From positions 9,822,456 through 9,864,648 of the forward strand of contig NC_057758.1 in assembly GCF_004010195.1 (NCBI RefSeq): a stretch of 42,193 nt of DNA, given 5' to 3'. This document shows, one piece after another, positions 1-13,650 of this stretch; the first letter of the stretch is position 1; each line of letters opens with the position of its first letter. Source of the DNA: Chiloscyllium plagiosum. Its lineage: Eukaryota. The translations under genes were made by a program, and so were the position numbers. The notes below the pieces were generated by a model that saw nothing but the letters and a program-made list of their open reading frames with translations, ran no database searches and had not been told where the DNA came from.

Positions 1-363
1 CTCTCCTTCCCCTCCCCATCCCACTTTCCCCTCCCCCACCCCATCCCACTGTATCCTTCTATATCCCATTCCCTTCCACACTTTCTGTCTTCCTCTCACT
101 CGTCCTCACCCAGAGCTTTGTGTCTTCCATCCTGTGCCACCCCTTCCTCTCTTGCCATGTCTCTCTAGGAGGGGCATCAAACGGGTTCGAATGCTGCAAA
201 GGCAATGGGTGTGATGGAGTTTGTTCATGTTAAAGTTTTCAGGCTGCCAGTGGCCACTGGATTAACTTTCCTTTGACTTGGCGCTAGCTACCACAGATCG
301 AGTTACGGCAATAATAGCTGGGAGATGGGTGAGCACAGACACATGCAGGGCGTTCCCAGAAGA

Positions 364-614
364 CATTCCCTATATGGAGAGGTATTCCTTCTTCATGGTT
401 CCTTCTGATTGGTCACCTCTTTTCCTAACATGGCTGTGTCTATCTCTCAGATTGAGAGCTTCCTTTCATTGGGACTGAATTGCTGCTATTTCACCTTGAA
501 TGGGCCTGGTAAAAGGAGCCGCAGCCCCTTCTCCAAATAAGGAGTGTGAGACTGACAATTCCTTCTGGGGATCTGAGTGTGCAGTCAGCCTGGGATCTAC
601 TGGGGTCTATAAAA
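364..614 (+). promoter_or_regulatory. actc1: Cardiac alpha-actin-type proximal promoter (four CArG-like boxes, MCAT-like, inverted CCAAT, TATA)
   Basis: CCCTATATGG 368-377, CCTAACATGG 424-433, CCTTGAATGG 494-503, perfect CArG CCAAATAAGG 533-542, TATAAAA 608-614, CATTCC 364-369, CTGATTGGTCA 405-415. All lie directly upstream of the actin transcription unit. Confidence 0.88.
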
Positions 615-638
615 GTCAGTGAGCCACCAAGCTGCTCC

Positions 639-690
639 ATCCTACCTCCATCCTCACCTAGACCTCTCTCGCTCTCTCTCCTAGGAGCCG
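639..690 (+). other. actc1: Non-coding exon 1 (5' UTR) of the actin gene; start approximate
   Basis: Begins about 30 nt after the TATA box and ends at the donor CCG|GTAAGA (GT at 691). Vertebrate actin genes have a 5' UTR intron. Matching acceptor (branch-like GCTAAC 2785-2790, pyrimidine tract, CAG) ends at 2811. Confidence 0.75.
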
Positions 691-2229
691 GTAAGACCCT
701 AATTCTTGCTCTTTCTTACACAACAGGCAAGTTGAGCGGGGGGGGGGGGGGAGGTTGTTGGATTGGAAGGGTGGGTGGGTTTTCAACAGTGAGAGAACTG
801 AGCAAGCAGAAATGAACAGTAACAATGATAGCACATTCACTGAAGGTGAAATAAGGGAGAAGAAGTACATTCTAAGCAAATTGGAAACAGAAAAAGAGAA
901 GAAATCATTGAAAAAGATTTTTAAAAAACCAAGAAGGAGATTAATCAGCAGAGGGACATGGAGTTAGGAATTTGGTGAATTATTTGTGTGAGGTGTTTGG
1001 GTGAATAAATTATTTGCATTTCTGGGTAAAAATAGTGATTGTTAAAATCCGAAAAGGTGGTTGCTTCTTCCATTGTCACCGTGTTTTTTTTTATATACGA
1101 AAGAATAGCTTGCCCCAAATGCAGAGTGAATAACTCAGGGGCCCTGTGGAAGTAGCCTGACCTCTGAGTCAGGAAGTCACCTGCACTAGAGATGTGTCTC
1201 AACAACTTGATTATAAATATCCAGAGCAGCTGTCTCTGATCACTGAGTGTTAGTGGGGTGCAGAGTCTCTGTGTGTCTGGAAGAATGGCTGTCAATGGCC
1301 AATCAATTGGAATGGGAATTCTTCGGGATTGCACACTGTCCAGTTGCTTGAAAATCAGCTTCTACAGTTCCCTTAGCAACTTGGTTCCCTCCCTCCTAAG
1401 GAGGGTTTGGGTTCAGATCCCGAGAACAGAGTAATGGCAATTGACGATTTTGCCTGTCTCTTTCCCTAACATGTTCCTGGGTCAGTCAGGCTTTATACTG
1501 CCCACTACAGACCTGTATTCCTCATTTGCCATTCCCCTGCGCATGTTCTCCTTCTCTCACTTCATTCAATTCTTTTCCTCTGCTTTCCACATCTCCTCCT
1601 TCCCCTCTTTTTCTAACTCCCTCCTCATTCTCCCCTCCATCACCCTTCTACCCCTTCCTGCTTCACTCCAAACTTTTCCATCAAAACTCAACATAAGTCC
1701 CCTCCCCCAGGAGAGACCATCTATGAACCACACTGTGAACAGGCAGGTGGGGCAAATGGGAATGGAATCTTCTGGGAAACTGTTCCCAAAAATGAATGAA
1801 TGAACGCTTGAGCATGAAAGAGGGTAAGTCTTGACTCGTAGTAATGGCCTGGAAACTTGATTCAGGTGTACTATCCCTGATGACAGATTCTGACTGGGAC
1901 ACTTTCAGAAACTGCTGCCCTTGTCTGACCCAAGTCAAGTGTGAAGATCATACAGGACAGACTGGACTCACCAGCTCTACCATCGCTGCCCTATCTTCAC
2001 AATCTGCAGAATTATTTCTCCCTCTTCTTTGATATCTGAATTTCACCGTTCCTCTTTCTCCTGAACTTACACTTGTGGAAGAAAGTTGTTCAGTCTTTAG
2101 GAATGCTGTGGGAAATTTGGGAAGGGAAGCTTGAAGAAGGGGGTTAGCAGTGAGGAAGAAACGGGGGTGTGGGGGAACCTGAAGAATATTTGATTCAGTT
2201 CTAAGCCCAAGGTGCCAGGGCAACTAACC

Positions 2230-2665
2230 AAATTCATGGGCTGGAGGGATTGTTCCATACAGAAAAGTTAAATGGACTGATTCTGTATTGTCTGGTGTTT
2301 AGAAGAATGAATGGTGATCTCAGGATGGTAATAAGTGGAAATTAGAAGGATGTTTCCCTTTGCTGTAAAGTCCTGAACCAGAAGACAAAGTTTGAGAATA
2401 TAGGACAGACAATTTAGGACTGAGATGAGGAGGTATGTCTTCTTTCAGACAATGGGTGAAGTTTTGGAATTCTCTAGCCCAAAGGATGTGGATACTCAGT
2501 CACTGAACATGTTCAAGACAGAGATCAATGCATTTATAGATGTTAAAGACACTGAGGCACATGGGGATAGCAGAGAAAAATGGTGCAAGACCAGCCATGA
2601 TCTCATTGAGTAGCAGATTAGGTTTGAAGGGCTGGACAACCTCCTCCTGTTGTAATTTCTTTATG
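2230..2665 (+). mobile_element. Decayed CR1 LINE 3' end in actin intron 1
   Basis: CR1 3' motifs TTTAGGACTGAGATGAGGAGG, TGGAATTCTCT and CAGCCATGATCTCATTGA, shared with other copies in the window. Confidence 0.8.
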
Positions 2666-2760
2666 TTCTGGAATATGCTGAGTAGTGTCTCTTGTGAGGG
2701 TAGCAGAGAGGCGAATTGCTTGTTGCGGAATAGGGTCTGAGCTGCTGTGTCTTTTTGTGA

Positions 2761-3084
<324 letters not shown>

Positions 3085-3339
3085 TAGTTCATTTATGCAA
3101 CATATTTATACACAATGGAAATGGTAGGACTCTACATCTTCCTACATCCTGCAATGATTAGAGACAGGGGCTCAATAAAACCCCACACCAACTAAAAGGG
3201 TCCAAAGACAGTAACAATCCTCAAAGAGGTTAACTTTGGTCCAGTGACATTGTGATTCTTTACTTAATTATACTGAATGTCATCATGCCCTTGTTCTTTC
3301 CCTGAAGCCTTGCAATTATCAAAACTATATTCTGTGTGT

Positions 3340-3785
3340 CACTGGTTGGACCAGTATTTGTTGCCCACCCTAATTGCCCCTTGAACTGATTGGCTCAGAG
3401 GCAATTTCAGAGGGGAGTTAAGAGTCAACTATATTGCTGTGGTTCTGGAGTCACATATAAGCCAGGTTTTATTCATTTGTGGGATGTGGGTATCACTGAC
3501 TGGGTCAGTTTTATTGCCCGTCCCTAGATGCCCCTTGAGAAGGTGGTGGTCAGCTGCCTTCTTGAATAGCTGCAGTCCACACAGTAGTGAACCAGATGGG
3601 GTGTATGAGAATTGCTGATAGTCTCATGTTCACTGTCAGTGAAACAAACCCTCAATTCCAGGTTCACTAATATCATTGAAATTCTGCCTGCTGCTGTGGT
3701 ACGATTTGAACCTGTATCCCCCCGACCATTAGCCTGGGTCTCTGGATTATTGATTCAGTAAGTTTCCCAGTCCACTACTGTACCC
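3340..3785 (-). mobile_element. tRNA-headed SINE relic(s) in intron 2
   Basis: Reverse B-box-like GATTTGAACC; body shared with 36655-36915, and a nested tail piece shared with 10585-10685. Confidence 0.6.
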
Positions 3786-4399
3786 TCCGTTTATTTTCTT
3801 CCAGTATTTTATCTAATTCCATTTTTAAAATTCCAATTGAATGTACCTTTCAAGCAGTGCATTCCAGCTGCCAACACTCTGTAAATATAACTTCTCCTCA
3901 TCTCCCTCTGTCTGACTCTATGCCAAAGTTGATGAATCATTTGACTCATTTAGCATGATGAGTTTCTGAATTCCTGCCCAGTAACGGAGGTGACTAAATA
4001 TAGAGAGGGTGACTGTGAAGAAGACCATGTGTCACAGTAAGAGTCTTGGGGCTGCAGTGTTCCACTCACTTTTACATTTCCCAAATTCTCAAGCTCTCAG
4101 AGCAAGCCGATCCCAGCTGTTAGTTTTAAGTTTCTCTTTTAATGTTCTAGCATCTTAAATAATGTTTTTTTGGTACACCGACTCAGTCATATATTTCTCA
4201 CCATGTTGAAGTATTAAGGAGCTTTTACTGAGATATTTGAAAATAATGAAGTTTTAAATCAGCTTCAGTAAGAAAGATTGTGGTGCTTCTGCAGAGAGAT
4301 CCCTCCGCAAGGAATAGCCCCTCCTCAGATAAACCCTCTTCTCAGGGAACACTGCCTCCTCTGAGTGGATAATTTGAGTATTGCACTGCACCCCAACAA

Positions 4400-4625
4400 C
4401 TCACACTGACTCACTCACTCATTCATAGTCACTCATGCAGTCACTCTTTCTCTCACACACACATACATACACATAGTCAGAGCTATACTCACCCACATAC
4501 TCACACATAAAAACCCATACACATATTCACTCTGACAGTCACTCAATCACTCATACTCACCAACAACCTCACCCACAGAAACATGGACACACACACACAT
4601 TCACTCTCACAGTCACTCACACAGA
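4400..4625. repeat. CA/CACT-rich low-complexity tract
   Basis: Degenerate (CA)n and (CACT)n runs upstream of coding exon 2. Confidence 0.8.
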
Positions 4626-4660
4626 CTCTGACCTTTCCCGTTTGGGAGATGACTGTCTAA

Positions 4661-5050
<390 letters not shown>

Positions 5051-5403
5051 TAACTATCATTCAGCTTCACACAATGTTCAATCTTTGACATATTGAGCCA
5101 TGAGAAACTGACTGATATGTCTGATAGATTCTCCATGGGTTCCAGTGAGATTTACTATCTGATCAGTACTGGAGGCTGCTCCACTGTGGAGACCAGTAAA
5201 GCCAAACCTGGTTCTGTTCTCACTGAATCAGTCCAAGAACCCACTTTGCAAGTTTGGACTCCCCTAGGCTTGGGAAGGTTCCTGCAGCTAGCTGGAACAG
5301 GACCAAACCAACCTGGGCTTTGTTCAGGAAGCCATCTGGCTTAAACCTCAGGATTACTGTGAAGCAATACTCACAGTCACATAATCAATGTCCATCCCAT
5401 TGA

Positions 5404-5694
<291 letters not shown>

Positions 5695-5742
5695 TGAAAT
5701 GCTCACACCTTGGGGGCCACACTTGTTTTGGGGATGGGATAG

Positions 5743-6081
<339 letters not shown>

Positions 6082-6469
6082 TGAAGCTATTCTCAATCTG
6101 ACCCCTAGAATAGTTGATGGGACACCCTCAGAGCAGGGACATTGCTTGGATCATTTTGTTTCCTTCCCTTCTCTGTAATTGAGGACGTAGAGGCCAGTTG
6201 CAATGCCTCACATTCAGTGAAATTCCACAGCCCACAGACTATACCATGGTATGTGGAAACGACTGGAGCAGTTTCTGTGAGAAATAATCAAACACAACAA
6301 TTGCTACTTTAAGGTAGGCATCCTAATTGTCAAATAAAATCAACTGAAAAGCACTAGAGCTCCATTGATCGTTAGACTAGGATTTGATTTGGTCTGTCAG
6401 GAATTATTGCTTCAAATAATTGGCAGGAAGCTTTCCCACCTCTTTGAACACAAGCAGCATTGCAAGTAG

Positions 6470-6802
<333 letters not shown>

Positions 6803-7140
6803 TAGCATTGGGATGTTCATTGGCAATTCATGCTCCAAACAAATATGACTGCACTTTGCAACAGGAAAGGCAGCTTGCTAAGCTGTCACCATTCCTGTGT
6901 GGAAGGCTGGAGAATTAATAGCTTCCCCTCCGGGGAATGCACTATCTCTCAACAACAAGGCCTGAGCTGAGAGATGACAACACCTTTTAGCCTTGTCTAA
7001 ATTAGAGTGTCTCAAAAGACTTATTTAAAGTTGTAATACTTTAAAGTCAACTATTAACTGCTCATGGGGTGCAGCTAAGCTTACTACAATTTATTTTTAA
7101 ATGAGAGTGATCAGTTGAAGCATTTTGTGTGGTTTTTTAA

Positions 7141-7425
<285 letters not shown>

Positions 7426-7801
7426 AGAATCTCAGCCCCGCCCAGTAATCAAAGGCAGTGAGTTTTTGGACAAAGGCAATCCATCTCTTGTCCTCTGGAG
7501 GTTTTTTTTTACTGTGCTTAATGCTCTAACCTACAGTGCACTTGACAGTGTTCCACCTAGACCTGGCTTCCAATCGAGACACTTTGAGAAGAGGGTCAGA
7601 CTGCTCCTCGTCGAGTCTACCCTGGACTGAGGTGTACCCCAGTCTGTCAGTGTTCATTGTTTACGAATCTTAATCAACGGTCAACAGAACTAAGCACTGC
7701 CCTAAACAATATCTTAACACTCCTCTGTAAATGTCTGTCCCTTTAATTGTTTTGTTCAAGTCCCTGTTTTGTTATTTATGAACATTATTCGTGTTCTCGT
7801 G

Positions 7802-7850
7802 AATAAAAAAACAGATGATCCTCTGATTGTTGTGTGAGTTTCTTTCATTG
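7802..7850 (+). terminator. actc1: Polyadenylation signal and downstream GU/U-rich element of the actin gene
   Basis: AATAAA 7802-7807, about 375 nt after the stop, followed by TGATTGTTGTGTGAGTTTCTTT. AU-rich TTATTTAT at 7772-7779. Confidence 0.85.
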
Positions 7851-7857
7851 CTAACTT

Positions 7858-8280
7858 GGCTGGGACTGTTTTCCCTAGAGTGTCGGAGGCTGAGGGGTCA
7901 CCTTATAAAGGTTTATAAAATCATGAGGGGAATGGATAGGATAAATAGACAAAGTCTCATCCCTGGGGTGGGGAAATCCAGAACTAGACAGCATAGGTTT
8001 AGGGTGAGAGGAGGAAGATATAAAAGAGATCTAAGGAGCAACTTTTTCACACAGAGGGTGATGTGTGTATGGAATGAGCTGCCAGAGGAAGTGATGGAGG
8101 CTGGTATAATTGCAACATTTAAAGGCACCTGGATGGGTATATGAATAGGAAAGGTTTAGAGGGATATGGGCCGGGTGGTGGTAAGTGGGACTAGATTGGG
8201 TTGGGATTCTGGTCGACGTGGACAAGTTGGACTGAAGGGTCTGATTCCGTGCTGTACATCTCTCTGTTTCTATGACTCTA
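7858..8280 (+). mobile_element. 5'-truncated CR1 LINE 3' end
   Basis: LGLFSLECRRLRGHLIKVYKIMRG...NFFTQRV..WNELP (CR1 ORF2 C-terminus) plus 3' UTR ending CTATGACTCTA. Confidence 0.9.
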
Positions 8281-8479
8281 CTGATTGATGGGCTGATTGG
8301 GTGGTTACCTGGGGCAGGTATTGTCCTTTGACCTCTGGTTCCCAAGCTGAGAGGCACCAGCTCTTCTCAGCTTCATTGTAAACCTTGGATAGTGTTGAGT
8401 TGTGAGATTTGCACCCACCCAGTTCTCCCTTCTCTTGAATCATGTTGGAATTTTTTCAGGGGCCACGTGATGTTGTGGG

Positions 8480-9065
8480 TAATGTCCAGGTACGTCCAAT
8501 CCCCAAAAAGCAGAACAAGTTCAACCCTGGCAAATTATACCCCATCAGTCTGCTCTCAATCATCAGTAAAGTAATGGAAGGGGTCATTAGCAGTGCTATC
8601 TAGTAGTACCTGCTCAGCAATAACCTGCTCAGTGACATCCAGTTTGGGATACCCCAGGATCACTCAGTTCCTGATCTCATTAAAGCCTTGTCTTGTTTCA
8701 AACATGGACAAAAGCACTGAATTCCAGAGGGGAGGGGAGAGTGACAGCCCTTGACATCAAGGTCATATCTGACCGAATATGGTATCAACAAGCCCTAAAA
8801 AAACTACTGTCAATGGGTATTGGGGGCAAATCTTGCTGGTTGGAGTCATACCTGGCACATAGGAAGATGTTATTGTTAGTTGGACGTCAGTCTTCGCAGC
8901 TCTGGGACACCTCTGCAGGAGTTCCTCAGGGTAGTATCCCAGACCCAAACATCTTCAACTGTTTAATCAATGACTTTCACTCCATCATTTGGTCATACAT
9001 GGGAATGTTAACTGATAATTGCACAATGTTCAGCATTGTTCGCAACTCCTCAGATACTGAACAGT
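8480..9065 (+). mobile_element. Decayed LINE (CR1/L2 group) reverse transcriptase fragment
   Basis: ALDIK..DRIW, SAGVPQGS..P..FN..IND and a degenerate ADD-like motif (TDN). Confidence 0.8.
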
Positions 9066-9139
9066 CCACGTCCAGGATAGAAAGAGTAAGTGCAAGAGGA
9101 TGCTCCTGAAGATCAGGGAGTTCCAAAGCAAGGGTCACA

Positions 9140-9385
9140 GTTCGACCCTATGGGCAGACCATTTCAGACTGAGATGAGAAGAAATGCCTTCACCCAAAGA
9201 GTAGCCAGCCTGTGGAATTCTCTGCCATGGAAAGGGGTGGAGGCCAAAACAATGGAAGCTTTCAAGAAAGAGTTAGATATAATACTTAGGATTAGGGGGA
9301 TGGGGAGAAATCAGGAACAGGGGACTGAGTTGGGTGATCAGCCATGATCACATTGAATAGCAGAGAGGCTCAAAGAGTGGAATGG
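9140..9385 (+). mobile_element. CR1 3' end fragment
   Basis: GRPFQTEMRRNAFTQRVASLWNSLP and GATCAGCCATGATC tail. Confidence 0.8.
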
Positions 9386-9387
9386 GC

Positions 9388-10040
9388 AAGTGCTGAGGGA
9401 GTGCTGCACTGTCAGAGGGTCAGTGCTGAGGGAGCACCGCACTGTCGGAGGGTCAGTGCTGAGGGACTGCTGCACTGTCAGAGGGTCAGTGCTGAGGGTG
9501 TGCCGCACTGTTGGAGGGTCAGTGGTGAGGGAGCGCCGCACTGTTGGAGGGTCAGTGCTGAGGGTGCGCTGCACTGTCGGAGGGTCAGTGCTGAGAGTGC
9601 TCCACACTGTCGGAGGGTCAGTGCTGAGGGAGCATAGTGCTATCATAAGGTCAGTGCTGAGGGTGCACCGCACTATTGGAGGGTCAATGCTGAGAGTGCT
9701 CCACACTGTCGGAGGGTCAGTGCTGAGGGAGCATAGTGCTGTCATAGGGTCAGTGCTGAGGGAGTGTCGCACTGTCGGAGGGTCAGTGCTGAGGGTGCGC
9801 CGCACTGTCGGAGGGTCAGTGCTGAGGGAGCATAGTGCTGTCATAGGGTCAGTGCTGAGGGAGTGCAGCACTGTCGAAGGGTCAGTGCTGAGGGTGTGCC
9901 ACACTGTCGGAGGGTCAGTGCTGAGAGTGCGCTGCACTGTCGGAGGGTCAGTGCTGAGGGAGCATAGTGCTGTCATAGGGTCAGTGCTGAGGGAGTGCCG
10001 CACTGTTGGAGGGTCAGTGCTGAGGGTGTGCCATACTGCC
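9388..10040. repeat. 33-bp minisatellite (GGGTCAGTGCTGAGGGAGTGCCGCACTGTCGGA)n, about 20 units
   Basis: Direct tandem periodicity; explains the 11-aa periodic ORFs on both strands. Confidence 0.95.
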
Positions 10041-10584
10041 ATTGTGCATTATCAGTGGAGAGTCCTGGTCTTTCTTCCATGCCCTGGGGGCAACATTCCT
10101 TCTTTAATCAACACTAAACAAAATGCTAGTTAAAAGTGACTTTCATATCATTCCTCTTTGTAGGATTTGGCTGTGTCAGAAATGGCTCCCACTTTGCCTC
10201 AGAACAAAGCACTTCATTTGAAATTATTTTATTATGCTTGATGGAGGTAGAGAAGCCTTTGACAGTGTGTACTTCACACAGAATTAAATATGCAGCAATA
10301 TGAAGCTGTCCCATTCTATTGAGATTTGTGTAAACATCATATTCTCCAAAAGGATGTTGGACACGGTGCAAAGCACTGGAGATATTTGGGAATGTTTACT
10401 CCTATATGGATTGTTAAAGATCTGCCAAGCTCTGGCAAATGGCCTTGTTTATGTTCCTTTAGCAACCCTTACACTCCAGGGATTCTCTGTCACTACACAG
10501 ATCTGTTTCTGATTGAAGTTCCGTTATCAACTCTTAGACCTAGAACCATGACCTGAATCAGCCTTTTTTATTTCCAACCACACT

Positions 10585-11380
10585 GTGTGGGTATCATTGG
10601 CTGTCCCAGTGTTTATTGCCCCGTCCCAAGTTGCCTGTTGAGAAGGTGCTGCTGAGGTTCATTCTTGAACTGTTGCAGTCCTACTGCTGTAGGTTGACCC
10701 GCAATGCCCTGAGGGAGGGAGATAATGTATTTCCATGTTGGTGACTTGGTAGGAACTTGCAGGGGGTGGTGTTCCTATGTATCTGCTGTCCTTGTCCTTC
10801 TAGATGGAAATGGTTGTGAGTTTGGAAGGTGCTGTCTGAGGATCTTTGGTCAATTTCTGCACTGCATCTTGTAAATAGTATAAGCTGCTGCTACTGATGG
10901 ACAGCGTGGGTGTTTCTGGATGTGGTGCCAATCAAGCAGGTTGCTTTGTCCTGGATGGTGTCAGGCTTCTCAGGTTTTGTTGGAGCTGCCCTCATCCAGG
11001 CAAAGGAGCAGTATGGTATCCTACTCCTGACTTATGTCTTGTAGAAAGTAGACAGGCTTTAGGGAGTCAGGAGGTGAGTTATATGCCGCAATATTCCTAG
11101 CCTCTGATGTGCTCTTGCAGCCACTTCATTAATATGGTGATTCCAGTTCAGTTTCTGGTCAATATTAACCCCCAGGATGTCAGTGATGGTGAGGCCATGA
11201 AATGTTAAGGGCTCATATCATGCGGAGTGAATCAAATTGGCTGAAGGCTGAACCACTGGGGGAGGCTAAAATGGATCATTCACTCGGCACTTCTGGCTGA
11301 AGATTGTTGCAAATGCTTCAGCCTTAAGTTTTTCCCTTGATGTGCTGGACTCCACCATCATTAAGAATGGGGATATTTAT
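10585..11380 (-). mobile_element. Decayed LINE 3' portion, apparently the same family as 39730-40140
   Basis: Reverse-complement similarity, e.g. TTTGGAAGGTGCT and CCAATCAAGCAGGTTGCTTTGTCCTGGATGGTG versus CACCATCTTGGACGAAGCAGCCTGTTTGATTG at about 39740. Confidence 0.65.
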
Positions 11381-11389
11381 AGTCAAAAA

Positions 11390-11860
11390 GTCATAGATTT
11401 GTAGAGTCATAGAACACGGAAATAGGCCAAATAATCCAACTTGTCCATGCCGACCAGATATCCGAAATTAATCTAGCTTATAGAATCACAGAATCATAGA
11501 ATCCCTACAGTATGTAAGCAGGCCATTCAACCCACTGCATCCACACTGACCGTCTGAACAGCATCCATGCCCTACCCTATCTCTGTATTCTTGCATTTCC
11601 TATGACCAATCCACCTAATTAGCACCTGTTTGGACTGTGGGAGAAAACTGAGCACCCGAAGGAAACCTATACAGACATGGGGAGAATGTACAAACTCCAC
11701 ACAGTAACTCCAGGCTGGAATCGAACCCGGGTCCCTGGCGCTGTGAGACAGCATTTGGCCTCTAAGCCCTTCCTATTCATACAGCCATCCAGATGCCTCT
11801 TAAATGTTGTAATTGTACCAGTCTCCATCACTTCTTCTGGCAGCTCATTCCACACACAAA
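11390..11860 (-). mobile_element. CR1 3' end interrupted by an HE1-like V-SINE (about 11480-11753)
   Basis: CR1 tail (CATGCCGACCAGATA) stops at about 11480 and resumes at 11754 (TTTGGCC...CTTCCTATTCAT). The insert has a V-domain and B-box (ATCGAACCCGG). Confidence 0.75.
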
Positions 11861-11863
11861 CAA

Positions 11864-12575
11864 GATGTTTCAAGCATGAACTCTTCATCAGGAATGAGAG
11901 GGTTCCAAAAGAGCTGAGAGATAAATGGGAATCGACATTGATCTCGTGTAGTTGGAGGGTCTCTAGGTGGAAGGTGAGGCGTTGATTAGGGTGTAGCCCA
12001 GGATTTGCAGTCCTGGAGGAGGCCCAGGATTTGCAGCCCTTGTCAGAGTGGGAGGGGAGTTGAAGTGCTTGGCCATTGGGTACTGAGGTAGTTTAGTGCA
12101 TGTGTCCCAGAGATCTTCTCTGAAACATTCCATAAGTTGGCATTCTATCTCCCCAGTGTAGAGGAGACTACATCAAGAGCAACTGACACAGTTGGTAATA
12201 TGTATGGAGGTGCAGGTAAATCTCTGTCAGATGTGGAATGATCCTTTCAGGCCTTGGATGGAGGTGAGGGGGGGGAGATGTGGGCGCAGGTTTTGCACCT
12301 GTTGCAGTGGCAAGGGAAGATGCCAGGAGTGGAGGGTGGGTTGGTGGGGAGGGGAAGGGGGCACGGACCTAACAAGGGAGTCACGGAGAGAATGGTCTCT
12401 GCAGAACGCAGATAGGGGTGAGGGAGAAAATATATCCTCAATGGTGGGGCCTGTTTGTAGCTGCTGGGAATGGCGGAGGATGATGAGTTGTATCCAGAGA
12501 TTGGTGAATTGGAAGGTGAGGACTGGGGGTTTCTGGGGGGCGATTGGAGGGGTGGGGCTCAAGAGTATAGGAGTT
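11864..12575 (-). mobile_element. Penelope-like retroelement 3' fragment (GIY-YIG region plus hammerhead remnant)
   Basis: Minus-strand peptides FPCHCNRCKTCAHI, SIQGLKGSFHI and RFTCTS...CSLLYTGE, followed by CTGATGA-A-GAGT-TCAT-GCTT-GAAA-CATC at 11864-11891. Confidence 0.8.
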
Positions 12576-12579
12576 GGGA

Positions 12580-13153
12580 AGTCATGTTGAGGTTGTAGAG
12601 GACATTGGAGAGACCTCTTCTGGAATATTGTGTCCAGTTCTGGTGGCCCAGTTATAGAAAGAATATTTTTAAGCTGGAGAGGGTTCAGAAGAAATGTACC
12701 AGGATGTTGCTGGGCATGGAAGGTTTGAAAGAAAGGCTGGATAGGCTAGGACTTTTTTCACTGGAGCGCAGAAGACTGAGAGGCAATCTGAGAGAAGTTC
12801 ATAAAATAACGAAAGGTATAGATTGAGTTAACAGTAGTTGTCTTTTCCCTGGAATGGGTGATTTCAAGACCAGGGAGCTTATTTTTAAGGTGAGAGGAGA
12901 GAGATTTAAAAAAGACGAGAGGCAAATTTTTACACAGAGGATAGTTCATGTGTGGAATAAGTTTCCTGAGGAAGTGGTGGATGTGGGTACAATTATAACA
13001 TTTAAAAGACATTTAGATAGATACATGAATAGGAAAGGTTTGGAGGGAGATGGGCCAGGAGCAGGCAGGTGGGGCTAGTTTAGTTTGGGATTATTTCGGC
13101 ATGGGCTGGTTGGACCGAAAGGTCTGTTTCCGTCCTGTATGACTCTATGACTC
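12580..13153 (+). mobile_element. CR1 LINE 3' fragment
   Basis: RPLLEYCVQFWWPSYRK...LGLFSLERRRLRG...WNKFPEEVV; tail ATGACTCTATGACTCT. Confidence 0.9.
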
Positions 13154-13650
13154 TCCCTATAGCTCAAACCCTCCAACGTAGGCAACGTCTGAATTCTTTC
13201 AAGTTTAACAAGATCCTTCCTATAGCAGAGAGACCAGAATTGAATGCAGTATTTCAAAGTGGCCTAATTAATACCCTATACAGCCTCAACATGACATCCC
13301 AACTCCTATACTCAATGCACTAACCAATAAAGGCAAGCATACCCAACACCTTCTTCACTATCCTACCTACCTGTGACTCCACCTTCAAGGAACTATGGAC
13401 CTGCACACCAAGGTCTCCTTGCTTGGCAACATCCCCCAAGATCCAAACATTAAGTGTATTAGTCCTGTCCTGATTTCCACTACCAAATGCAGTACCTCAC
13501 ATTTATCTAAATTAAACTCCATCTGCCACTCCTCAGCTCTCGGGCCATCTGGATCAAGGTCCCAGTGTACTCTAAAATAACCTTCTTCAGTATCCACTAC
13601 ACCACCAATTTTGTGTCACCTACAAACTTACAAACTATTCCTCCGATATT
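13154..13650 (-). mobile_element. CR1 LINE ORF2 internal fragment
   Basis: WQMEFNLDKCEVLH and YCIQFWSLCYRKD on the minus strand. Confidence 0.85.

Noticed and set aside
738..967. G14 run and Lys-rich 70-aa ORF in intron 1
   Set aside because: Low-complexity purine-rich intron sequence with no ATG or splice support.
3855..3875. MCAT plus E-box (CATTCCAGCTG) as part of the intronic enhancer
   Set aside because: It lies in what looks like a decayed minus-strand CR1 3' remnant, where GCATTCCA is part of the element.
9338..10133. Long ORFs (234 and 247 aa) and the CRISPR-like look of the 33-bp array
   Set aside because: The ORFs are 11-aa periodic by-products of a stop-free 33-bp unit. There are no unique spacers or cas genes, and the context is a vertebrate genome.
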